64,000 bases of DNA from Dipteris shenzhenensis (Eukaryota): the NCBI GenBank assembly GCA_047967505.1, contig CM106538.1. One strand, 5' to 3'. A program made the position numbers and the translations under genes. Positions within the stretch are counted from its first letter, which is position 1, and each line of letters starts with the position of its first letter. Positions 52,976 through 63,123 of the stretch are shown piece after piece. The notes under the pieces were generated by a model, which saw nothing but the letters and a program-made list of their open reading frames with translations, had not been told where the DNA came from and did no database searches.

Positions 52976-53784
52976 CTACATATAACTTTTTTAAATTGGT
53001 ATCACTCATTCATGATTAGAGAAACCCTATGAGTATAATTTAAATTCTTGAAGGTTCTTATGATACCCTTTAACCGTTGTACTTTGAATTTAGCATGAAT
53101 TATAAAATAATGAGCAATCAAAATACGATTTTCAAATTTGGTGTTTTACATGATATTAGGTCCCCTTAAAACTCATGCTAATCCAAAATATCCTATTCAA
53201 GACATATACAAAGTATGGTTGAGTTTGTAACTTCTTATATGTGTCAAAGAATTTGCAAAAGATCAAATTTTGCCTCGCTATCAGCATTCTCTAAAATTAT
53301 GGATGAGGCCATAAATCATAATATGTATGACTATCTAGCTCCAAAGCTATCTAAATATATGTGTTATAGTTATCCTACATATAACTTTTTTAAATTGGTA
53401 TCACTCATTCATGATTAGAGAAACCCTATGAGTATAATTTAAATTCTTGAAGGTTCTTATGATACCCTTCAACCGTTGTACTTTGAATTTAGCATGAATT
53501 ATAAAATAATGAGCAATCAAAATACGATTTTCAAATTTGGTGTTCTACCTCTGTTCTACATGATATTAGGTCCCCTTAAAACTCATGCTAATCCAAAATA
53601 TCCTATTCAGACATATACAAAGTATGGTTGATTTTGTAACTTGTTTTATCTGTCAAAGAATTTGCAAAAGATCAAATTTTGCCTCGCTATCAGCATTCTC
53701 TAAAATTATGGATGAGGCCATAAATCATAATATGTATGACTATCTACTCCAAAGCTATCTAAATATATGTGTTATAGTTATCCT
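52976..53784. repeat. Tandem duplication, ~400-bp unit x2, near-identical
   Basis: CTACATATAACTTTTTTAAATTGGTATCACTC... starts at 52976 and 53375; both copies end ...GTTATAGTTATC. Confidence 0.93.
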
Positions 53785-54832
53785 TAGACTATAGAACTTA
53801 CAAAATACTGAAAAACTCATTCTAATGAAGAAGTATGGCCATTTTATCTAAAACCTAAGAAAACAGCTTGATGTTTAATTGACCTTAAAACATTTGGTAG
53901 AACTCAAAGTAATAGACCATTGCAAGTTTCAATCCATAATAATTCCAAGTTTTTTTCAGCATATGAGCTATGATGGTAGATAATAAAAACCCCAAAATAG
54001 CTTATGGATGCTTTTGAATAATTCTAGGAAGTGGCTATGTTAACATGAAATAAAGTGTCCTATGACATTTTTATGTCCTTCTACCAAACTAGTGTTAAGT
54101 TTTATTTTTGGGTTGGTTCGGGTCATATACCAATTAATTTCTAAACTAGGCTAGCTTGGACTTAATGTGATTGTCCTAAACTAGCCCTATGGTTGAAACA
54201 TCATGGATTTTTTCACCGATCTGGGCTCAACCTAAACAAGAGTTTAAATGTGATTATCCTAAACTAGCATGGTTGAAATAGAAATATATTCCACAAAATG
54301 GAAATATTTGATGGCCATCCTGGTGGTTAGTTGAAATTGTTGTGTTTCATAGTAGATAAATCATTTAAGTTTAATTTTCAGGCTAGTTTAGGTCATATAC
54401 CAGTAACTGAGCTGGCTTGGACTTATGAGATTGTCCTAAACCAACTTGGAGGTTGGAACATCAAGCAATATCATCGAGTTGGTTCAAGTCAAATAGAAGT
54501 TGTGATTGTCATGAACTAGTGTAGTTAAATAAAAAATAAACAAAATATATTTTGCAACCAAAATAATTGATGACCAGCCCAATGGTTGAAATTCCTATGT
54601 TTCCTAATAGTTAAGCTACTTTATTTTACTAGTAGTTAAATTAGTTTGGTTTAATTTTTGGGTTGATTTGAGTCACACTTGTACTATGATCATCCAAATT
54701 AGCCCAGTGGTTAGAATAGTATTATATAATTTAGCTGGTTAATGTGATTGTCATTTAGTTGTTTAATTGTTTTGTTTTCTAGTAGCTTGATTAGTTTCCT
54801 TAGTAGTGTGATTTTCCTAAACTAGCCATGGG

Positions 54833-55105
54833 ATTAGATGGTTGCGATGCTAGAATTTATTGGTCATTAGAGCCAAGATCATGATAATTCAATAGGAAGG
54901 GGCGAGAGCAACAATGGCACATGCACCCAGCTTACTGGTAGCCTAGTCTATCCTAAGTAGTCATTTACATAATTGTCTAGCCCCATGACGAGCGATTAGA
55001 TGGTTGCCATGGGAGAGTTTCTCAGTCATCGAAGCCAAGATCATAATAATTCAATGGGATGAGGGGGCAAGAGTGGTGGCACATACACCCAGCTTTACTG
55101 GTAGC
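54833..55105. repeat. Diverged tandem duplication (~160-bp spacing)
   Basis: GATTAGATGGTTGC...AGCCAAGATCAT.ATAATTCAAT...GGCACAT.CACCCAGCTT(T)ACTGGTAGC occurs twice. Confidence 0.75.
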
Positions 55106-55123
55106 TCAGCATGGCATAGGTGG

Positions 55124-56116
55124 TTTTAGCCGGAAAAGTTATCGAGATCAGAGGCTAGAGACTAAGTATGGCTACGCTCAAAGGCCATAGAGAAAAGGAG
55201 ATCACGAGGGCGAAGGGATGTCATAGGGGTGAACAAGGAATTAGAAGTGGAGGGAAGGAAAAGGGAGACTATGACACAAGGGGAAAGGGAGAGGGGGAAG
55301 AGAAGCATGTACATGATAGGAAGAGGAATGTTGAGATGTAGACATCAAAGGGAAATGATCCATACTTTATTGGAAAGAAGGGATGAGAGGGAAATATCAA
55401 AATACTAGCTAGGTGGCTTTACAAGAATGAGCGTGTCCCATCAAGGAAAAGCCCCTTCCTTTTATAGCCAAAAGAGGGGGGTCTCTCCACATTAATGTAT
55501 CCTCCCACATGCATGGTGTGTGTGGAAAAGTCTCCCATGTGGGCTAGGTGGGTACGCACTCTCAATTGTGTGCGACAACCCTTTGCCTCAATTTTCCACA
55601 TAAATCAAGCCCCATATCTCAAGTCTATGATACTCCCTTGGTCTCTTTCCAATTTTATAATATGTTCAAACCTCTAGGAGGACAAGTGGAGGGTTGGCAC
55701 AAGGAATCTTGCCACCTCATCCTACTTTCCCCATTATTTAACTAGCTCTCTTGGTCCTTCTATACCTCCCCCACATGGGCCTATCTCATATGGAGGGAAT
55801 AACTCAATATAATAGCCATCTCCACCCATTTTATATTGCTTCTCCCATGGACTTTGAGCCATATCTTACTTAATGCATCCTAGGTGGAGGGGTGGCACAT
55901 GGAGGAGCCATGCCACCTTGCATTTTATAATATTACTATCATGGATTATGTACAACACACCTTATGGGTCCTCTTACATGGAAGGGTGGCACATGGTCAT
56001 GCCCTGCCACCTCAACCTTGGGCCCTATGCACACCATATTTTATTATACTATTGCCACATGTACAAACACACATACATATTAATGCCTTTTTCTTTAGAC
56101 AATTTTATCCATAACA
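55124..56116 (-). repeat. 3' LTR of gypsy #2 (~993 bp)
   Basis: Begins TGTTAT right after the G-run PPT (56117-56130). Matches 63124-64000 with about 3 substitutions and 2 single-base indels by manual count. Confidence 0.93.
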
Positions 56117-59100
56117 GTTCCCCCCCCCCAGGCAGGGAATGCACCGCATTTCCATGCCTGGGACCATCACACACAAAGAAAGGCTTGAGGTAGCGCTTAT
56201 TGATCACCTTCTTGGCATATGGTTCATGCAGCTCCTGAACTTGTACTGACCCATTGCTATGTTCTTTGATGACTTTGTATGGTCGAGCCCACAGTGGCAG
56301 AAACTTCTTATCCATTTGGTGGTCCAATCTATTATCAAAGCATAGCACAACATCCCCGTTAGCAAAGTGTCTTTCCCATCCCTTGCAAATCTTAGCATCC
56401 AATCGGGCCTTTTGTCGATTCTTTTGGATCTCTGTCTGGTGTAGTGCAAGGCGTCGAGTCTCATCTAACTTCTCAAGTTGTACCAATCTGGCCTCTACAC
56501 GTTCATCTTCTGTCATCCTCTGTTCCTGTGCCAATCTCAAGGCCGGAATCTCTATCTCTAGTGGTAAAACTGCCTCAGTACCATACACCAACTCAAAAGG
56601 GGTGTGACCTATAGATGTTTTATGAGTGATGTTGTAAGCCCACACTGCTTCAGTGACCTTCTGATCCCATTGGCTCCTATTCCCTGCGGCCATTTTTCCT
56701 ATGGTTTTACAGAGGAGGCCATTGGTCCGCTCTGTTTGACCCATGGATGCTGGATAATAGATGCTAGAAGTGTGATGATCAATGCCCATGCGATCCATGA
56801 GTAACTCCACTGCTTCATTTAAGAATGGACTCCCATAGTCAGAGACTATCTCCATGGGTGTCCCAAACCTTGTGCAGATACGTTCAAATATGAAACTTGA
56901 AACTGCCTTTCTATTTGCAGCAGAGAGAGCAATAGCTTCAGCCCACTTAGTGACATACTGAGTGGCTACCAAAAGATACTTCTTTTTGCGGGCAGTCATG
57001 GGCAAGGGCCTGACAAAATCTATTCCCCACTTCTGAAATGGATGGATGGACATCACTGGGTGATGTTGCTCGGGATGCAAATCCTTCCTACTGAAGAATT
57101 GACATGGTTCACAGGTTTTGCAATACAAAGTGACATCCTTGAACAATGTCGGCCAATAGTATCCAGCATGTAAAATCTTCTTAGCTGTATAGTCACTGGC
57201 ATAGTGGCCTCCACAAAATCCATCATGATAATGCTTCAAGACCTTAGGCACTTCATCTGCATCAATGGCCCGTCTGAGTACCCCATCCATGCCTTGACGG
57301 TACAACACCCCATCAAGGAGGGTGTAGCGCCTACTATCTCTGCGGATCTTCTTTCTCTCATAGCTTGTACTTTCTGAAGGAAAGGAGAAAGCGGTCAAAA
57401 ACTTATAGATACCACCATACCAAGGATCCCCAACTTCTATGGCTGCTACCAGGGTTACATCAAGGCACTCTTCTAAATCAATCAAAGCATTCTTCAAGTT
57501 GGAACAACCCCCTTTTACAATTTTGAAAGAAAAATCATATTCTTGCAGAACTGCCAACCATTTGGCCAACCGGCCCATGGGATTTGGTGATTGAAGAACC
57601 TGCTTTGCAAGACCAGTGCTAGTAAGTATAAAGAAGGACTTTCCAGCCACATAATGCTTAAATTTCTCAATGCAAAACACCAAAGACAAGGCATGCTTAT
57701 CGGCCTCTGAATAGCATCGCTCAGTGTCGAGCAATTGTCGAGAAGCAAATCGAACGGGATACATGAACCGATCCTCCCCTTGCTAGAGAAGAATACCTGC
57801 CAGAGTGTGCTCACCAGACCCAAGATTGATATAGAAGGTCTGTGACCAGTCTGGATTGCGTAGAATGGGTTCTGAAGCCAGAGCATTCTTGATTTGTGCA
57901 AAACCAAGATCACAATCCTCATCCCAAGAAAAATCAACCCCATCTTTTAATAGCATAGTCATGGGCCGTGTCAAAGCAGCATACTGATCAATGAAGCGGC
58001 GATAGTATCTTGCTAGATTGACAAATGAGCGTACCTGACGTTTGGTTGTAGGTGGGGAGAGTTTGAGGATGGCTTCTACCTTCTTGGGGTCAGGCTTGAT
58101 GCCCTCGAATGAGACAACATGTCCCAATAACCTCCCTTGAGTGGCTCCAATGGTGCATTTCTCAGGGTTGAGACTACCATTTGCATCATTGACCCTTTGG
58201 AAGCCAATCTAACCTTCATAATGTGCTCCTTACGTGATGAGAATATACAGAAATCATCTAAAAACACCTCCAAGAAATCCCCCAAATAAGGAGCAAACAC
58301 CATCTGCATGAATCTTTGAAAGGTGGCAGGAGCATTGGTGAGGCCAAATGGCATTACTTTGAATGCAAATGTCCCCCAGGGTGTGGCAAATGTGGTTTTA
58401 AGCACATCTTCCTCGGCAATTCTGATTTGATAAAACCCCGAGTAACCATCACAGAAAGTATACATCTCATGACCACTTATACCTTCTCAAGAATGAGGTC
58501 TTGAAAGGGTAGAGGATGATGATCCCTCTTGGTGGCAGCATTGAGTTTCTTATAGTCGATGCAAACCCGCCACTTGTTGTTTTTCTTTGGGATGACTACC
58601 ACTGGTGAAACCCATTCAGTATTGTGAACCGGAACAATAAACTCAGCCTCTACAAGCTTCTGCAACTCTGAGTGCAAAGCATCAGTCTGCAGGGGCCCTA
58701 ATCTTCGATACTTCTGAGCCACAGGCTTGGCATCAGGCTTCAGCTCTATCTTGTGCTCTATGGCAGTCACATGGCGAAGGTGGTGGTAGCTAGTTGCAAA
58801 GAGGTCAGGGAAATCTTTGAACAGTTCAAGAAACTCATCTTTCTCACCTGGAGTGAGGTCTGGAGAAAGCATTGATTCAAGCTGTTGAGGACTAGCTGTT
58901 ATCTTTTCTGCAGGTGGCAGGATCGGAGACACCCCCATCATGTAAAATTCCTCCTCTGAGAATTCCTCCCCCCCGTCTGATTCTTCCATGGACTCAGACA
59001 TGGACTCAGACACTGAGGATGAGAGAGTATCACTGTCATGCTCCTCTTCTTCTTCTGGTTCCATGGCACCAGGTTGCACTGGGATCTTCTCCTTCGAAGC

Positions 59101-60798
59101 ACCAAAAGACATGTGTCCTGTCTTCCAATAGCTGACTGCATCACTCTTTCTCAACCATGGTCTCCCGAGTATGGCTGGGTAACTTCTGCCTGTATCTTCA
59201 ATGTCCACTACATAGAAATTGACAGTGGTGGTCAACCCATTGACAGTGATGGGCAAATCCTCAATGACTCCCATGGTGGAGAGTCGTCGACCATCTGATA
59301 CCTTGATTCGAGTGGAGGAACGCCTTGTACATTTCAAATTCAATTTCTTCATGATGCGGGGCACCATGATATTACATGCAGCTCCCCCATCAACACACAC
59401 ATTTTTGACACGGCAATCATCTATGATGACATCTACAGTGTGTGGGTGCCGATCAATTTCTTCAGAGATAGAAGATACCTCTTGTACCTTCCCCTTTTTC
59501 TTGCTCTTCCTTGTTGAGAGACCTTGCTACAACTCATGTCTCACCTTAGGGCTTAATGCTATTAGTTGAGGGAGTGTGATGCTCAAAGACCGATGAGCAA
59601 GGTCCTGAACGACCGAATGGTCCTCTTGCCCTGAGCCGATGGGAAAATCCAAGGGTGACCACTTACTCCTGCGAGATCTTTTAGTCTTCTCTATTGGTGG
59701 GTCTGCCATCTCAGCATCTGAGGGCTCTGAGAAGGACACCTTCTTCCTGGGGCGGCCCGGTCCACGGTTTGGAGAGGGGTCCAAGGTAGCACGAGTTCTT
59801 TTCCCGAGATCAAGGATCTCCACATCAGAATCCTCAGTGCCAGACTCACTTAGAAGATTCACCCTTGGAATATTGGGGCATTCTGTGCGATAATGACCCT
59901 TCTGGTGGCACTCGTAGCATACAACATTAGCACGATCTCTTGGAGGGCGGTTGGCTTGATTTCTGATGCCCACCATCTCAAGCCGAAGATCATTCAGGGC
60001 CTTGGCTAGGTCATTGGAGGGGGGGGGCCTCTTTAGTTGGAGGGGCCACGGGAGTAGAGAGGAGGGGAGCTCGTGGGCGAGGCTGGGGAAATCTTCGAGG
60101 CGGAGGATGAGGATATCCACCTTGTTGAGGGTAAGCATCTAAGGGAGGACCATACATTTGAGGTGGAGGCGGTGGATACATCCCTGATGAGGGGTGAGGG
60201 TATGCCCCTGAGTTAGACCCCCCAGGTTGTTGTTGTAGGAATGGAGGGGGATGCGGAGGGACAATCGTCTTCTTTGAAGCGGGGTCAGACTGAACTTTGT
60301 CAAACTTTTGAGCAATCTCATGTGCTAGCACCATAGTTTCTAGATTCTCCCATTTAAGCTTGAGGCGGAATTCATCACTCGCTCCTGCTACAAGGTAGCC
60401 CAGCACATGTGCTGAGTCATTCCAGCTCGAAACCCAGCATTGTCCTCCTATGTGGCGATCAAACGGTCCAGGAGCACGGCCGCTCGATCCACATATCAAC
60501 GCGTCATCTCACCTTCTGACTGCTTCAAATTTGCCACCTACAGGTACACATTCTCCGGCTCCTCTTCTTTGCCGAAATACTCAATCATTGCTGCTGTCAA
60601 CCTTGGCCAGCTTTGGCGAACATCTTCAGTTTGCTTCTCATACCACACTTGAGCCAAACCTTCTAGAAATGTGGGGAGAACCAATAGCCATCTGTCTTCA
60701 GTAAGAAAGTTGAGAGAAACACAACGGCGCTTGAAAGCCACAAGATACTCATTTGGATTTTCTTCTACCCGTCCACAAAACACGGGAATGTCAGCCAT
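56049..60798 (-). pseudogene. gag-pol of gypsy #2 with multiple stops and frameshifts
   Basis: MADIPVFCGRVEENPNEYL (gag), CYECHQKGHYRTEC, CVDGGAACN (protease), WRVCIDYKKLN, DGYSGFYQI, VFLDDF (RT), FASRQL..YSEADKHAL (RNase H), HDGFCGGH..CEPCQ, WGIDFV, IVSDYGSPF (integrase). Confidence 0.95.
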
Positions 60799-60826
60799 GC
60801 TTGGAAGATGGAAAAGAGTGGCTTAT

Positions 60827-60997
60827 CTATGGATGAACAATAGTAAGAGGAAGCTTGAACTGAAAATCGGGTGAAGATACATCCAAAAAGCACACATAGG
60901 CAGGGTAGGGTGTGACTGGAGTAGTGTGAAATATTACACGAGAAGAATCTTCAGCATAGAATAGCACATAGACAATCTTAAAAGGACCAATCCTCAT
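60827..60997 (-). CDS. Small leader ORF E (56 aa), unknown
   Basis: MRIGPFKIVYVLFYAEDSSRVIFHTTPVTPYPAYVCFLDVSSPDFQFKLPLTIVHP*. Starts in an ATGA overlap and stops 28 nt before the gag ATG. Confidence 0.35.
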   Translation of the reverse strand: MRIGPFKIVYVLFYAEDSSRVIFHTTPVTPYPAYVCFLDVSSPDFQFKLPLTIVHP

Positions 60998-61013
60998 GAT
61001 ATCACTTTGATCA

Positions 61014-61178
61014 TTACACGCGAGGGTTAGAGGTGCGGCGTCGCATGAGGTTGTTCATCAAGGCAAACAAGAATGCCATGACAAATGTCAACAGTTGGAG
61101 AGCTTGCACATCACCTTCAACTTCTTCCAGTTCTTGTATTCGCCATTCTATATCTTCAAGGGGTGTGCGGTCTGGCAT
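61014..61178 (-). CDS. Small leader ORF D (54 aa), acidic helix plus hydrophobic segment, unknown
   Basis: MPDRTPLEDIEWRIQELEEVEGDVQALQLLTFVMAFLFALMNNLMRRRTSNPRV*. Ends in TAATG. Confidence 0.4.
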   Translation of the reverse strand: MPDRTPLEDIEWRIQELEEVEGDVQALQLLTFVMAFLFALMNNLMRRRTSNPRV

Positions 61179-61293
61179 CCTTCTTTTCAGCAATGTCCTT
61201 GAGAACCCTCCTGATGGTCTGCCGAAGTCGGTGAACTCGTATCAAGTAGGCCCAACACTTAGTTTCATGATGACCACAATCTTTGCATTCTCC

Positions 61294-61758
61294 TTACAAA
61301 TGATCACCCTCCTTCGTGGCTTGCGGCTTGGTTGGGGTGGCGCTTCCACTCGCGTCATGCGTGATTGAAATACAAGCTTCACGTGCCAAGAAATTAGTAA
61401 CAAGATTTCGAGCTCGAGGGATATGCTGAATTTTTACCTCTTCAAATTGGTTGCAAAGTTCCAAGGCTTGTTGATGTCGTGGAACCAAGCCTTTGCTCTG
61501 CACCTTCCACCTTCCACTAACTTGTTCACACACTAGTTGAGAATCTCCTTGCACCTCCAATTGCTTGGCATGATGTTCTTGTGCCTTTTGTAGCCCAAAA
61601 ATGAGCGTCGAGTACTCAGCTTGATTGCAAGTACTTGCGGGCGAAGACTTGCTGTAACAAAACTCCTCACCACCCGGTGAAGTGAGCTTCACACCCACGC
61701 CAGCCGGCTTGGTCGAAGGTTTGTAAGCTCCATCAAATTGAAGAATCCAAGATGTCAT
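61294..61758 (-). CDS. Stand-alone ribonuclease HI-like protein (archaeal-type additional RNase H), 154 aa; may originally have run to 61156
   Basis: WILQFDGA, TCNQAEYSTLIFGL, LEVQGDSQLVCEQVSGRWKV, HIPRARN are RNase HI motifs. The last catalytic Asp position reads Asn (NLVTNFLA). Confidence 0.9.
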   Translation of the reverse strand: MTSWILQFDGAYKPSTKPAGVGVKLTSPGGEEFCYSKSSPASTCNQAEYSTLIFGLQKAQEHHAKQLEVQGDSQLVCEQVSGRWKVQSKGLVPRHQQALELCNQFEEVKIQHIPRARNLVTNFLAREACISITHDASGSATPTKPQATKEGDHL

Positions 61759-61982
61759 CACACCAAGACGAGAATTCGGACATCCCAAGTTTCTCGGTAG
61801 TCCAAGATAGGTAGGAGGAGAGGGTGGGGAGAATTCAACACTTGAGCCAAACGTTCAGCACCAAATAAACTTGCAATTCTTTGTTGATAGTTTATCTTAA
61901 GCCCAAAAAGAATTACAATTTGAAGCTCAAAATGAGGCACAAAAGGCTGATTAGGTACAAATGGATTCCTTGGTCGAAACAT
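61758..61982 (-). CDS. Small leader ORF B (74 aa), unknown
   Basis: MFRPRNPFVPNQPFVPHFELQIVILFG...WDVRILVLV*. Its start overlaps the ORF A stop (TAATG) and its stop overlaps the RNase H start (TGATG). Confidence 0.5.
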   Translation of the reverse strand: MFRPRNPFVPNQPFVPHFELQIVILFGLKINYQQRIASLFGAERLAQVLNSPHPLLLPILDYRETWDVRILVLV

Positions 61983-62293
61983 TACCAACCATAGCCAAGG
62001 CCTAGAAACCTTTGTAATGAGATTGTGAATAAACCATTCAGGACGAGCTTTTCCACAGGAATCAACAAGCAGATGCGCCAAATCTCCCCCCAAGCTTGAG
62101 GAGCATCCCACCCTTCGAAGAAGGAAACCGTTTTGATTACCTCTGAAGCAGCAAGTAGTTCGATCACCGCACAATGAGTAGAAGTAAAGTCAAAATCCTC
62201 CCAGCGTATCAGTAGTTCGTCACCATGAATCATCCACGGTGTGTCATTCCACCCGTCTTCACCATCAATAATGCACTGGGGACAATCAGCCAT
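61982..62293 (-). CDS. Small leader ORF A (103 aa), Trp/acidic-rich, unknown
   Basis: MADCPQCIIDGEDGWNDTPWMIHGDELLIRWEDFDF...FLGLGYGW*. Confidence 0.5.
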   Translation of the reverse strand: MADCPQCIIDGEDGWNDTPWMIHGDELLIRWEDFDFTSTHCAVIELLAASEVIKTVSFFEGWDAPQAWGEIWRICLLIPVEKLVLNGLFTISLQRFLGLGYGW

Positions 62294-62784
62294 TGAAGGT
62301 CAACATGAAGGTCAAGGAAGACATCTCGTGCATTGGTAGCCGTAAGGTGCGGAGGAACAGGCACCAATTCCTTAAACGCGTCGAGAAGTGACATAAATGT
62401 CCACCCTTCTCGTGAGGCGTGCGTTTGTGAAATGAGCTTGGAGAAGTTCTGAATTGGCAATCTAGCAAGTGATGTGGATAGAGAACATAAAATGAAATAT
62501 TTTTGCTTTTTACAACAAGAGAAAACTCCTTACGGTTAGAGGGTTACAGCTCACGCGATTTCAATATATGAACAAAAATCATTACATTTTTATCACTTCC
62601 AACTTATTGGCCCAATGGTAAGACTTTCTTTTGTGAAGGGGGAGGTCTTGGGTTCCAATCCTACTCTTTAATAAAAAGAGAGGAGAGGAGAGGAGAAGGA
62701 GAAGAGAAAGAGAAAGAGAAGAAGAAGACAAGAGATAGGGGGGGCGCGGGATCTGCTATTACTCTTTTGCAGGGGCTCAGGAAA

Positions 62785-63000
62785 ACAGAACAGTCCGCGA
62801 CCAGAGCAATCCAGAGAACTGTCGCGCAGAAAACTGTCTGCAACCAGAAGTCGCAGCAGTCCAGAGAACTGTCCGCAACTAGAAGTCGCGGCAGTCTAGA
62901 AAACTGTCCGCAACCAGAAATCGCAACAGTCCAGAGAACTGAAGCGTAGAAAACTGTCCGCAACCAGAAATCGCGGCAGTCCAGAGAACTGTCATGCAGG
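62785..63000. repeat. Degenerate ~35-bp tandem array in the 5' leader of gypsy #2
   Basis: Units like AGAAAACTGTCCGCAACCAGAAATCGCGGCAGTCC. Confidence 0.85.
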
Positions 63001-63101
63001 AGGCGCACGAACGCGCAGTAGCTTAGAAAGAGCACAGATGGTATAATTTGTTGATGTAACCCGTACGAATAGAAGATTCGCCACCAGCCGTGGAGATTCG
63101 T

Positions 63102-63119
63102 ATCCCAGCAGCCACACCA
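63102..63119 (-). other. Primer-binding site, tRNA-His(GTG)-like
   Basis: Minus strand TGGTGTGGCTGCTGGGAT, 4 nt from the LTR. Complementary to the 3' end of plant cytosolic tRNA-His as recalled (…ATCCCAGCAGCCACACCA). Confidence 0.75.
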
Positions 63120-63123
63120 AAAC

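Noticed and set aside
54160-54835. CRISPR-like repeat-spacer pattern
   Set aside because: Repeats are degenerate, spacing is irregular, no cas genes, eukaryotic context.
63087-63119. tRNA-His gene
   Set aside because: Only 3'-end fragments with encoded CCA next to an LTR; a PBS, not a full cloverleaf.
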